Positions 26,557 through 36,099 of a DNA stretch of 64,000 nucleotides are shown here, one piece after another. The first letter of the stretch is position 1; every line of letters begins with the position of its first letter. Source of the stretch: Oligoflexia bacterium. GTDB lineage: Bacteria; Bdellovibrionota; UBA1018. The stretch is taken from contig JARLHE010000040.1 in the NCBI GenBank assembly GCA_031292385.1, positions 34,471 through 98,470 on the forward strand, given 5' to 3'. A program made the translations under genes and the position numbers. The notes beneath the pieces were generated by a model. The model was not told the DNA's origin. It saw only the letters and a program-made list of their open reading frames with translations, and ran no database searches.

Positions 26557-27131
26557 AATTTCTCCAAATACTTGGCCATGATGTCGACTTCGATATTGAC
26601 CGGGTCGTTGACCTTGAGGCTTGAAAAGGCCGTGTGGGTCCAGGTGTGCGGGATCAGCATGACGGAGAGGCGATTTGCCTCGATTCGATTGACGGTCAGG
26701 CTCACTCCGTCGATCGCGATGGAACCCTTTTCGACCACGTAGCGCGCGAGATTTTCCGGCAATTCGAAATCAAGCTCGTAACATTCCTCGCGCCGTTCGA
26801 TTCGGATCGCGCGCGCGACGCCATCGACATGGCCTTGCACGATATGGCCGGAGAGGCGCGTGTTCGGCAGAAGCGCGCGCTCCAGGTTGACTTGCGAATT
26901 TTCGTGCAGGGCGCCCAGGCGCGTGCGATCGATCGTTTCCGGAGAGACGTAGAAAACGGTCGCGCCTTTTTTGAGCTCGGCGACGGTGAGGCAAACTCCG
27001 CTGATCGCCACGCTTTCTCCCAGCTCCAGATCGGTGAAGCCGGTTTCGATCTCCATGCTCAATCCTTGATGGGTCGGAGTATGAGCTCTTGCCCTGATTC
27101 GTCCTACGGATTGGATGATGCCGGTGAACAT
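26520..27131 (-). CDS. ribE: riboflavin synthase alpha subunit
   Basis: MFTGIIQSVGRI start and the lumazine-binding repeat pattern. Confidence 0.85.
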   Translation of the reverse strand: MFTGIIQSVGRIRARAHTPTHQGLSMEIETGFTDLELGESVAISGVCLTVAELKKGATVFYVSPETIDRTRLGALHENSQVNLERALLPNTRLSGHIVQGHVDGVARAIRIERREECYELDFELPENLARYVVEKGSIAIDGVSLTVNRIEANRLSVMLIPHTWTHTAFSSLKVNDPVNIEVDIMAKYLEKLCQPYQNQLKSR

Positions 27132-28144
27132 AACTCCCTGAACTTCCTGGTGACCTGATCTTCTTTGCTCTTGGCGGAGCGAACGTCGATCCGAATGTGC
27201 TCATCCCATAGCCCTTGGCTTAAAACAAAGCCTGAAAGGGTGGGACCCGCTTCGACCAAGACTTCTAACACGCCTCGCCTACCCAGTACTTGCAAAAACT
27301 CCGGGAAACTCATTTCTGGAGGACAGGCGAGGATTTCAAAGCCCTGAGCGCTGCGGGCGGCATACCAGTCTGGTGAAACTCGATTGTTTCTATCAAGTAC
27401 CGTGAGGATTCGCTTTTTTTGAGGATTCGGCGGGTGGTCGGCCACATGCCGGACGGTGAACTCGGGGGAATCGGCTAGCACGGTCCCGCTCCCGGTGACG
27501 ATGGCATCGGCCCGTTTTCTCAGCTCATGGGCGAGTTTCAAAGAGGCCGGGCTTGAAAAAGTTTTCCGACCCGCGGGCGGGATCATACTGCCTTCTTCGT
27601 TCCAAACTGTTTTGACGGTCACCCAAGGGATGCCGGTCTTGGAATGCTTAGCGAACGGCCCGATGAGCTCCCGGCAGCCGACTAGAAGGGGATCGTTGGG
27701 AAGAACCCGTTTCTCCAAGGGTTCGATCCAGACTCCCGCGGCCTTCAAGCGAGCGGCGCCTCCGCCTTCGACTTTGGGATTGGGATCCGCCACGCCGTAA
27801 ATTACCTGAACTTTTGGCGAATGTCGGAACACCTTCAAAATCGCCTCCGTGCAAGGGGGCGTGCGGCCATGGTGATTGCAGGGCTCGAGGGTGATGAAAA
27901 GCGTGTGGATGCGCTTCAGGTTTTCTTCCGGAGTCGAGAGTGCCGCGATGACTTTGGCTTCGGCGTGTGGCGTGCCTGCGCGCTCATGCGCGGCAAGCGA
28001 TAGGATTTCGCCGCTCTCATTCAAGGCCACGGCTCCGACTGGCGGGTTCGGCGCGGTGGCGCCCCGGAACCGGTTTGCTTCGGCGAGCGCGGCCTCAAAA
28101 GCTTTTCGTTCAACTATAGGGGCAACTATTGAAATTCCCGTCAC
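27104..28144 (-). CDS. ribD: bifunctional riboflavin biosynthesis deaminase/reductase RibD (GTG start)
   Basis: TAPNPPVGAV and HAE..A deaminase motifs; the C-terminal half is the RibD reductase. Confidence 0.8.
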   Translation of the reverse strand: MTGISIVAPIVERKAFEAALAEANRFRGATAPNPPVGAVALNESGEILSLAAHERAGTPHAEAKVIAALSTPEENLKRIHTLFITLEPCNHHGRTPPCTEAILKVFRHSPKVQVIYGVADPNPKVEGGGAARLKAAGVWIEPLEKRVLPNDPLLVGCRELIGPFAKHSKTGIPWVTVKTVWNEEGSMIPPAGRKTFSSPASLKLAHELRKRADAIVTGSGTVLADSPEFTVRHVADHPPNPQKKRILTVLDRNNRVSPDWYAARSAQGFEILACPPEMSFPEFLQVLGRRGVLEVLVEAGPTLSGFVLSQGLWDEHIRIDVRSAKSKEDQVTRKFRELCSPASSNP

Positions 28145-28219
28145 TGAGCCACTCTATATCCGACCGCGGGCTTGAATTCAAAGTGGACGATCTCTTTGAG
28201 TCGCGTAGAATTGAAAATA

Positions 28220-29158
28220 ATGGCCGGCAAATACGTGACCTGCAACCTGGAAGAAATCGTCGTCGGGGAGCCATTGCCGTGCAATCTGTTTATTTTCATC
28301 AATTTCAGGTTCATTACCTATCTTTTGGCCGGCGACTCGCTCAGTCGTGACGCCTACGATCGCTTTGATTTCAAAAAGGTAAAAACGCTGTTCATCCTGG
28401 CCGCGGACCAAGCTCGATTTGAGGCCTGGAGCGCGAAAGCCAAAGCTCTGGTCAAGGGGGCGACCGGCGGCCCGCCAATGCTTCCGGAAATCGCGAAAGC
28501 CCGAGATGAGGCTCGCCGCAAGGCGATGGATATTTTTCAGTCCGGTCATCCCGATAAGGCGATCGCTCAGACTTTGCAGGTCAGCAAAAACTTGGTCGAC
28601 GAGGTGATGAAGCATCCGTACGCGGTCAAATCGCTTTCGCAGCTTCAAGGGTTTTCCCAGGGCACGGTCGATCACTCAGTGAATGTGAGCGTGCTATCGG
28701 TTTATCTCGCGATGCAAATGGGTTACTCGCACGCGATTATCTTGCAGCAGGTTGGGACCGGTGGATTGCTGCATGACGTCGGCAAAACCCAGGTCAAGAT
28801 CTTGGACGAAGACAGTGTTTCCGTGATCTCCGAAAAAATGAAAGCCCATCCCGAGCTGGGCGTGAAAATGCTCGATGCCCAGCAGAAAGTTCCCAACGAA
28901 GTGAAGTTGATCGTGGGGCAGCACCACGAGCATCATGACGGGACGGGATATCCCAAAAAGCTCAAAGGCGCGCAGATTTACGATCTTGCCAAGATCGTGT
29001 CGATCGCCAATGTTTTCGACGAGCTGGTGACCGCCGCGAGCGGTACGCTCGTCGAGCGACAAAGGCATGCGATCAAGCAGCTGGACGGCCCTGAGGCGCA
29101 TAAGTTCGATCCTCAGAAGCTTGAGAAGTCCCTGAAAATCCTGAAGCTCGGAGTCTAA
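28220..29158 (+). CDS. HD-GYP domain c-di-GMP phosphodiesterase
   Basis: HDVGKTQV, HHEHHDGTGYP (HD...GYP), and upstream helical domain. Confidence 0.75.
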   Translation: MAGKYVTCNLEEIVVGEPLPCNLFIFINFRFITYLLAGDSLSRDAYDRFDFKKVKTLFILAADQARFEAWSAKAKALVKGATGGPPMLPEIAKARDEARRKAMDIFQSGHPDKAIAQTLQVSKNLVDEVMKHPYAVKSLSQLQGFSQGTVDHSVNVSVLSVYLAMQMGYSHAIILQQVGTGGLLHDVGKTQVKILDEDSVSVISEKMKAHPELGVKMLDAQQKVPNEVKLIVGQHHEHHDGTGYPKKLKGAQIYDLAKIVSIANVFDELVTAASGTLVERQRHAIKQLDGPEAHKFDPQKLEKSLKILKLGV

Positions 29159-30303
29159 CGGCGCTTCGCGCTCGCGCGCTTGAGGCGATCTTGGATGGCG
29201 TAGCCGATGCCCCCGGTGCTGACTGCGTCAGACGGGGGTTCGGCCCAGAGATATTCCGCGGACGAGGCATCGAGCGCCCGGAGTTCCGAAAAAAGCGAGC
29301 GAGCGGCATCCATCATCGAGCCGTCGCGCGAGAGAGTGCGAACCACGACCGGGCGTCCGGCAAGGATCGAGAGTCTCTTCGAAATATTCTGCGAATCGCC
29401 CGCAAACGCCAGAAAACCCCAAGGACGGCTGTCGCTCGCCGGCTCGGCGAGCTGAAATTCTTTTTTAAGCTGCTCGTCGGTGAGCGCGGAAAGAGGCGCT
29501 GATAGAAGCCGGAGCGGTTTCGCCGGGGCGTAATGGCTCTCGAGCAGCCCGGGGCTCGCGGCGGGTCCCCCTGCAGGGCCCCCTGCAGGTCCGATGACTG
29601 GCGCGTTCACGGTTTTGAGCCGGACTTTCAAAATCGCTTCGATTTCAGCCGCGCCGAGTCCTCCGGGGCGCAGGAGCGTGAAATCTCCCGATGGGTCATA
29701 ACTGACGACCGTGGATTCGACTCCGATTTCACATGGGCCGCCATCGAGAACCCAGCCGATGCGCTCGCCCAGCTCTTCGACCACATGTCGTGCGCGCGTG
29801 GGAGAGATTCGGCCAAAACGATTCGCGCTTGGGGCGGCGAGCGGTCGCTGGGTCGCGTCGATCAACGCAAGCGCGACCGGATGTCTGGGCATGCGGAGCG
29901 CAACCGATGGCAGGCCCGAGGTGGCGAGATCGGGAACGCTTGCGAGCTTCGGCAAGACCAGTGTCAGCGGGCCGGGCCAGAACGTGTCCATGAGTTTCTC
30001 TATGGCCTGGCGGGCCTCGGAGGGAATCGCGGATGCCTCGACTAAGCCTAAATTTTCCAGGGCCTGGATTTTTTCGTATTTTCCGGCCCGAAGAAGGCCT
30101 GGAGAAACATGCAAGATCAGGGGGTCGAATTTGGGCCGCTCTTTCGCATCGAAAACTCGGGTCAGCGCCAGGGGATTCAGTCCGTCACCGGCAAGGCCGT
30201 AAACCGTTTCGGTCGGCATGCCGCCGATTTCCCCGCGGCGGAGCTCGTCGGCGCAAGCCGCGATGTTTTCAGGAGTGGGGGATAAAATCCGCGCGCGCGT
30301 CAA
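29155..30303 (-). CDS. tsaC: L-threonylcarbamoyladenylate synthase, Sua5/TsaC type (YrdC + Sua5 C-domain)
   Basis: TETVYGLAGD YrdC motif. The long C-terminal extension is typical of Sua5. Confidence 0.8.
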   Translation of the reverse strand: MTRARILSPTPENIAACADELRRGEIGGMPTETVYGLAGDGLNPLALTRVFDAKERPKFDPLILHVSPGLLRAGKYEKIQALENLGLVEASAIPSEARQAIEKLMDTFWPGPLTLVLPKLASVPDLATSGLPSVALRMPRHPVALALIDATQRPLAAPSANRFGRISPTRARHVVEELGERIGWVLDGGPCEIGVESTVVSYDPSGDFTLLRPGGLGAAEIEAILKVRLKTVNAPVIGPAGGPAGGPAASPGLLESHYAPAKPLRLLSAPLSALTDEQLKKEFQLAEPASDSRPWGFLAFAGDSQNISKRLSILAGRPVVVRTLSRDGSMMDAARSLFSELRALDASSAEYLWAEPPSDAVSTGGIGYAIQDRLKRASAKRR

Positions 30304-31721
30304 CGGGACTCGAGCCTCTTCCAGACTTCTTCCATTTTCATTCCGCGCGAGCCCTTGATGAGAACCGTCGCGGGGCCCTTGATCTCGCTCGTCAAGGCGC
30401 CGGCAAGAGCGTCCCGCGATTCGAAATGGCGCAAATCGCCGGCGTAGCCCTTTTGAAGAAGCTCGTTTTGAAGCGCCTTCATGCGCTCACCGAAGAGCAA
30501 AACATGCTCGAGTTTGAGGGCGAGGATTTTCGGGGCGATTTCACGATGGAACCGCAGTTCTTCGGGGCCAAGCTCCAGCATATCGCCGAGACATGCCCAG
30601 CGCTCGCCGCCCGGGGCGAGGCGCGCGGCGAGCTCGCCTAAAAGATCGACGGCCGCGGTTAAGGATTTGGGCTGCGAGTTGTAATAATCGCAGAGCACGT
30701 GCACGCGGTCGCGGAGCTCCCGGACCTGCGAGCGGCCTTCGGCGGCGACGAAGTTTTTCAATCCGGAGAGCATCGCATTCGCGTCGAGGCCCAGAAGGCG
30801 CGCGGTCGCGATCGCGCCGAGCAGATTCATGGCATTGTGTTGCCCGGGAAGCGGAAGTGGGAAGCTCGCGGAAATGCCGGCGCCTTCCACCTGAAGGGAG
30901 GCGCCATCCGAACTCAGCTCGCCATGCAGCAGCTCCTGCGAGGCCGGGAGCTTGAGCGAGTAGGCGAGCCGTCGCTCAGGCGGCGCTTTTTTAAACCATG
31001 GTTCGATAAATGGGTCGTCCATGTTGACGGCGATTTTCCCGCCCTCGCGAATGGCGGTTTCGAAGGCTAGGCCTTCTTCGTGGGCGACCGTGGCGACGTC
31101 GATGAGCTTTTCCAGGTGCTCGGGGCCGATCGAGGTCAAGACGCTCACCACGGGTTTCACGATATTCAGATGCTGGGCCATCGAGCCTGGCTCATCGATG
31201 CCGACTTCGATGACGGCCGCCCGGTGCTCGGCGTTCAAATCCATGAGGGTGATCGGGATTCCCACGAATCCGTTGTTGCTGCCCTGGGTTTTCAGGACTT
31301 TGCCTTCGCCAAAGCTCCCGGAGAGAATGGCCGCGAGCAGCTCTTTGGTCGTGGTTTTTCCGGCGCTTCCGGCAACCATCGCGATGGGGATCTGAAACCG
31401 GGCGCGCCATGCGGCCGAAAGCCGCCGAAACGCGGCGAGACTGTCGGCGGCTTCGAAAATGAAAGCCTGGCTTGACGCGGATGTTTTTACGGCGCCTTGC
31501 CGGCAGAGTACTCCGTGGGCGCCTTGCGCCAAGGATTTGTCGACAAAATCATTCCCATCGAAATGATCGCCCGGAATCGCCACGAACAGGCAGCCGGGCG
31601 TTACCTTGCGGGAATCCGTCGTGACCGAAGTGAACGGAATATCAAGCGTATTGTTTGGCGCTTGCGAAAGCGGGATTTCCAAAATGTCCGAGAGTAGGCG
31701 GGGTGTAAGACCGGAATTCAT
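30300..31721 (-). CDS. murF: UDP-N-acetylmuramoyl-tripeptide--D-alanyl-D-alanine ligase
   Basis: GSAGKTTTKE P-loop and the Mur ligase domain order. A 4-nt overlap couples it to tsaC. Confidence 0.85.
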   Translation of the reverse strand: MNSGLTPRLLSDILEIPLSQAPNNTLDIPFTSVTTDSRKVTPGCLFVAIPGDHFDGNDFVDKSLAQGAHGVLCRQGAVKTSASSQAFIFEAADSLAAFRRLSAAWRARFQIPIAMVAGSAGKTTTKELLAAILSGSFGEGKVLKTQGSNNGFVGIPITLMDLNAEHRAAVIEVGIDEPGSMAQHLNIVKPVVSVLTSIGPEHLEKLIDVATVAHEEGLAFETAIREGGKIAVNMDDPFIEPWFKKAPPERRLAYSLKLPASQELLHGELSSDGASLQVEGAGISASFPLPLPGQHNAMNLLGAIATARLLGLDANAMLSGLKNFVAAEGRSQVRELRDRVHVLCDYYNSQPKSLTAAVDLLGELAARLAPGGERWACLGDMLELGPEELRFHREIAPKILALKLEHVLLFGERMKALQNELLQKGYAGDLRHFESRDALAGALTSEIKGPATVLIKGSRGMKMEEVWKRLESR

Positions 31722-31793
31722 AAGCTGAAACTACCATCTTTATTCCAATTTGTGAGCTTCATTTTATGCTGAGGGCTGCCGATAGGTCTATCG

Positions 31794-33788
31794 ATGAACA
31801 GCGCTTTTAAAAGGCTTTTTTTGATCGCGGTTTCCCTGGGGGTGGTGGGCTCGTGCGCGGCCGCGCTCCATTCCTTAAGCCGGCAGCGCGCCGAGCGCAT
31901 GAATTTCGAGATCTCGGAAATGGCTTCGGTCGTTTCCGTTCAGGTCAGGGGAGAGCTGGAGCATCTGCTTCGTCGCGTGACCGAGCTCGGCGAGAAGCCG
32001 ATCGATGGAGCCAAGCTTTCGGAAGCGGATTACGAGATTGTCAGTCTGTCGGCTTGGGAAAAAGGCGGCGGCGACGGCCAAACTCTGGTCCGTACCGCGA
32101 CGCTCACGCACCCGGAAAATACCGCGGTCGCAGCGACGCCGGTCAATGACGAGGAGTCCGATCGGAAGATCGCGGCCAAGGCATTGAAGGGCCGGCCCGT
32201 ATTGGACTATCAAGGTCTGCAAGGCGCAAAGCTCGGCGTGATCGTGGTTCCGATGGGAACGCTTCCCATCAAGCGGGTGGCGCTTGCCCGGTTTCGCTTG
32301 GATCGTTTTCAAAGCGCTTTTCGGACAAATGATACTTCGATGGAATTGAGCCTGCTCGGCTCGAACGGAATGATTTTCGCGGATAAAAATCCCGATCACA
32401 TCGGTACGGCCAGTCCGGTGGCAGGCCAGGTGTTCGCCTCCCGGGGCGGCATGCGTTCGGGAGAGTTCGATTACAAGGATTCGAGTGGCGTTGAAAAGAG
32501 ATACAGCTATCGGCTCGTTTCGCAAGGTCAGTTCGCGGTTTTAAGCGCGCTTCCGAGCTCGGAAGGAAAGCTTTCGACCCGTGAACTCCTCGTTTTCTTC
32601 GGCTTGATCGCGTTTTTCCTGGTCGGAGTGACGGCGGCCAATCTGCTTGGGCTTTTCAAGGGCAGAAAGAGCGCTCCGACGTCCGAATCGGATCGTTCGA
32701 AGGAGCTCCCAAAAGAGCTTGCGGAGCCCGTCGCGGATTTGCCTCCGCCGTTTGTTCCGGCGGCCGACCGAAAGCTGATTTCGGTGCTTTATGTCAGCAT
32801 GCTTCCTCGCGATCCGGCGCTTGAAAACGCATCGCTCGAGGACATTGTTTCGATCATGAACGAGTTCTTCGAGATCGGATCGACTCAGATCGGCCGCTTT
32901 GAAGGCGTTTTGGAGCGCGGAGCCGGCGCTTCTTTTCTCGGGTCCTGGGATGACCCGGCAAAGGCGATGCGCTGCGCGCTCAACCTGAGGCAGGAGTTTT
33001 TCAATTACACCCAATCGCAAAAGTTGGAAGGCAAGCCCGCTGTGACGGTGATCATGGGAGCCGATTGGGGCATGGGGTTGGTCGCAAACGTCGGGCCGGC
33101 CGGCAACCGCTCGCGTACGACCGTGGGCGATGTTTCGGTCAATGCTCGCGCGCTCGCGCTTTTGAGTCCGAGTGTCGAAACGGATCTTCTCGTTTCTCAG
33201 GCTTTTTGGGAGCAGGTCGCACCAGGCTTTGTGGGTTCCCGCGCTGCGGAAGCGAATTTGACTTCGCTCAGCGGCCTGACCGCTTGCTACCGAATTAAAG
33301 GTTATCACGACGAGGACGGAAAATCGGTTCTGACTCCGATGCCTTCGATTTCTCCCGCGGTCATAGGGTTGGATCCCAAGCTGCAGGAAGTCGTTCCGGA
33401 TTCGGTTCGCTGGCTGGTGAATAACGGTACGCAGATCGTGGGCCCGTTTTCGGCTTCCGAAATCGCATCGCAGCTTTACGCGATGGAGCTCGATTTTGAT
33501 TGCGAATGTTGGCGTGAAGGCGCGGGCGATCGCCGCTCAATCGCCAAGGCCGGGCTTTTCGGGGAGCTCAGCGAGGATACCGCGGCTGAGCTTTGGGTTT
33601 ATGACGGAAAGACGATCCATGGCCCCGTGACCGAGGGCTTTTTAAAGACGGCTTTACAGCATGGCGCCGTTCAGGAAAGTGATTTGGTTTGTCAATCGAG
33701 CACGATCTCCGGCTGGCGAAAGGTTTCGGAAGTTTTGACTCCGAAGACCCCTACTGTGGTCCTACAAGATCCACCGACTGCGGCCTGA
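31794..33788 (+). CDS. membrane sensor protein with degenerate (probably inactive) cyclase-homology domain and two DUF4339/GYF-like C-terminal repeats
   Basis: N-terminal TM, about 250-aa periplasmic region, second TM, then a CHD-like region (ISVLYVSM...GAGASFLGSW...VTVIMGADWGMGLV) in which both metal-binding Asp and the GDA motif are missing. It ends in two W/G-rich ~45-aa repeats (NNGTQIVGPFSASEIASQLYA; VYDGKTIHGPVTEGFLKTALQHGAV). Confidence 0.55.
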   Translation: MNSAFKRLFLIAVSLGVVGSCAAALHSLSRQRAERMNFEISEMASVVSVQVRGELEHLLRRVTELGEKPIDGAKLSEADYEIVSLSAWEKGGGDGQTLVRTATLTHPENTAVAATPVNDEESDRKIAAKALKGRPVLDYQGLQGAKLGVIVVPMGTLPIKRVALARFRLDRFQSAFRTNDTSMELSLLGSNGMIFADKNPDHIGTASPVAGQVFASRGGMRSGEFDYKDSSGVEKRYSYRLVSQGQFAVLSALPSSEGKLSTRELLVFFGLIAFFLVGVTAANLLGLFKGRKSAPTSESDRSKELPKELAEPVADLPPPFVPAADRKLISVLYVSMLPRDPALENASLEDIVSIMNEFFEIGSTQIGRFEGVLERGAGASFLGSWDDPAKAMRCALNLRQEFFNYTQSQKLEGKPAVTVIMGADWGMGLVANVGPAGNRSRTTVGDVSVNARALALLSPSVETDLLVSQAFWEQVAPGFVGSRAAEANLTSLSGLTACYRIKGYHDEDGKSVLTPMPSISPAVIGLDPKLQEVVPDSVRWLVNNGTQIVGPFSASEIASQLYAMELDFDCECWREGAGDRRSIAKAGLFGELSEDTAAELWVYDGKTIHGPVTEGFLKTALQHGAVQESDLVCQSSTISGWRKVSEVLTPKTPTVVLQDPPTAA

Positions 33789-34386
33789 GATTCGATGGCT
33801 CGGCAAGCACGATGAGATCGGGATAAAAGAGCTGATTGAGCAGGATCCGGGGGGCAGCCCGGCCTAAAAACCGTGCTCGCGCGCTGCTCGTTTGCGCCTC
33901 TTCATGGCCGACGATCAAAAGAGTTCCGCTTTTTTCGCCGTTGATTTCGATTTTCCAATCCAGGCTCGAGAAAAGTTTCGCGATCCTTCCCTTGGATTCG
34001 TCCAGGACTTGAAAGGCGATGCTCTTGCTCGGCGTGAACTCGGTGATTCGCGCGTGGATTTCAAATCGTTTGGCGGCCCCCTTATGCGGGTCCATGTGAA
34101 GGGTCACGAGCGCGCCCGCGTGGGCCAGGTCCGACCCGTCGGAAAGCTCGGCCCGCGCCAGGTTGTGAAACCAGGTCGGCCATTCCTTGACGTGTGAAAC
34201 CATGTAAGCGAGCTCCTCGGGGGCTTGCTCGGTCGGAACGGTACGGTCAAAAGTCAGTGTCCAATCGGGGCCCCGCGAAAGCCAGCTCCAGAGCCCGAAG
34301 CCAAGGATTCCAATGGCTCCGGTGACGGCGAGTATGCTCAACCTCCGCATCATGCTGCTCATTGGGGCCGATTTTTTTTGGAACAT
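33751..34386 (-). CDS. hypothetical membrane-anchored protein (SRPBCC-like fold suspected)
   Basis: N-terminal TM helix followed by a ~170-aa soluble domain. Its last 38 nt overlap the convergent upstream gene. Confidence 0.4.
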   Translation of the reverse strand: MFQKKSAPMSSMMRRLSILAVTGAIGILGFGLWSWLSRGPDWTLTFDRTVPTEQAPEELAYMVSHVKEWPTWFHNLARAELSDGSDLAHAGALVTLHMDPHKGAAKRFEIHARITEFTPSKSIAFQVLDESKGRIAKLFSSLDWKIEINGEKSGTLLIVGHEEAQTSSARARFLGRAAPRILLNQLFYPDLIVLAEPSNLRPQSVDLVGPQ

Positions 34387-34447
34387 GAAGGTTTATTATC
34401 GTGAATGAAGGCGACTTGAAAGGCCCGATATGCGACAAGGGAGTGAA

Positions 34448-35089
34448 ATGAGTTTGAGTTCGCCTCGAGTTATCGCGCAATCGGAAAAATGGCTGGTCAT
34501 CGATAAGCCTTCGGGCTGGCTGGTGATTCCGGGCCGTCCGGCTCGTGACGCCATCGAGCAGTCGCGTCCGGTTTTGAAGGAATGGGCCGAAAAGCAGCTG
34601 GGGCAGGCGCTTTTTGTCGTGCACCGGATTGATCTCGAAACCAGCGGAGTCCTGGTTTTCGCTCGAAATGAAGAGGCGCATCGCGAGGCCAATGGCTGGT
34701 TCGCCCGCCACGAAGTCAAAAAATTCTATGATTTGCTCGCTCAAGGAAGAGGTCCGCGTGCTCCGATGGCGCGAATCGCGATTCCCATTGAAGGCGCGCC
34801 CTCGATCACTCAGCTCGAAGTGCGTGAGCGTTTTGGAAAGGGGTTGGCGTTTCTTGGGCGAGCCCGGCCTTTGAGTGGGCGCAGGCATCAGATTCGGATT
34901 CATCTGGCGGAATCGGGTTTTCCGCTTCTGGGCGATTCGCGCTATCATGGTCCCATGCAAATCGGGCCGATCCGGATCCCCAGGGTCGCTCTGCACGCGG
35001 CGAAGCTCGAATTGCCAAGCGGCGAAATTTTTGAATCCCCTTGGCCGGAGGATTTCTCGGCCTGGGTGACGGAGCTTAGAGAATGCTAG
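34448..35089 (+). CDS. RluA-family pseudouridine synthase
   Basis: HRIDLETSGVLVFA catalytic-Asp motif. Confidence 0.8.
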   Translation: MSLSSPRVIAQSEKWLVIDKPSGWLVIPGRPARDAIEQSRPVLKEWAEKQLGQALFVVHRIDLETSGVLVFARNEEAHREANGWFARHEVKKFYDLLAQGRGPRAPMARIAIPIEGAPSITQLEVRERFGKGLAFLGRARPLSGRRHQIRIHLAESGFPLLGDSRYHGPMQIGPIRIPRVALHAAKLELPSGEIFESPWPEDFSAWVTELREC

Positions 35090-36099
35090 AACTGGAAAAG
35101 GCCTGGAGCTGGCGGGAAGAGCGCGGCTTGATCGAGGAGCTCGGCTCGCTTCGCGTTTTTAACGGCAGCGGAGAGGGAGAGGGAGCGGGGGCGTTGTCCC
35201 ATATCGCGATCGACCGTTTTGTCGAGCGAGACTCGTCGAAAGCCCATTTCTGGGTCACGGAGTGGGAAGGCGCGAAGGGTGAAACCCCGAGCGCGCTTGC
35301 CGATTCGATCGCGCGGTTTTTGGCGCAAAAAGGAGCTTCTTCGGTCGTGGCGCTTCTGCGTCCGGGGAAGGGCGTTCCGGCCGAGCCGCGGGTGATTCTG
35401 GGACAGCCGCCGGAGGGAAAATTCATCGCCCGCGAGGGAAAAACCTTTTTTCTGATTCGTCTTCTCGGCGCGAAACATCCGGGGCTTTTCCTGGATCATT
35501 ATCCGCTTCGGGAGTGGCTTCGCGCGCGCGCGCGGGGTCTGACGGTTTTGAATACTTTCAGTTACACGGGTAGTCTTTCGGTCGCGAGCGGACTGGGCGG
35601 CGCCGCGCATGTGACGACGCTTGATCTTTCTTCGCCGACCATCGCGTGGGCGGAGGAGAATTGGAAGGCGCATGGACTGCCTTCAGAAAGCGCGCGCTTT
35701 ATTTCCGGCGATTATTTCGAGTGGCTGCCGAGGCTCCGGCGCGAGGGAAAGAGATTCGATCTCGTTCTTTTGGATCCGCCCTCGTTCTCCCGGGGCAAGG
35801 CTCCGGGCAGCACATTTTCGACTTCAAAGGATTTACGGAAGCTTCATAGCCTGGCTTTCGGGGTACTTAAGCCCGATTCGTTTCTAGTGACCTCGATCAA
35901 TTCGGCGAATGTTTCCTGGGCCGATTACGGAAACGACGTCATGACCGCCGCGCGCGACGCCGGCGTTGAATTGCAGATCCTTTCGCGAATCGATCTTCCT
36001 GATACCTTTCCGACCTCGATGGGCCGTGAAGCCCAGCGCTATTTGAAGGGCTGGATACTTCGCATATCCTCAGGCAGCGGCGCTTCGAATACCAGGTGA
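35083..36099 (+). CDS. class I SAM-dependent RNA methyltransferase (RlmI/RlmK-like)
   Basis: VLNTFSYTGSLSVASG (motif I) and LDPPSF (motif IV, DPP) with an N-terminal PUA/EEHEE-like region. Overlaps the preceding rluA-like gene. Confidence 0.7.
   Translation: MLELEKAWSWREERGLIEELGSLRVFNGSGEGEGAGALSHIAIDRFVERDSSKAHFWVTEWEGAKGETPSALADSIARFLAQKGASSVVALLRPGKGVPAEPRVILGQPPEGKFIAREGKTFFLIRLLGAKHPGLFLDHYPLREWLRARARGLTVLNTFSYTGSLSVASGLGGAAHVTTLDLSSPTIAWAEENWKAHGLPSESARFISGDYFEWLPRLRREGKRFDLVLLDPPSFSRGKAPGSTFSTSKDLRKLHSLAFGVLKPDSFLVTSINSANVSWADYGNDVMTAARDAGVELQILSRIDLPDTFPTSMGREAQRYLKGWILRISSGSGASNTR

Noticed and set aside
28145-28219. Looked for an FMN riboswitch upstream of ribD
   Set aside because: Only about 75 nt of intergenic sequence are available. 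I saw no RFN-like conserved stems.
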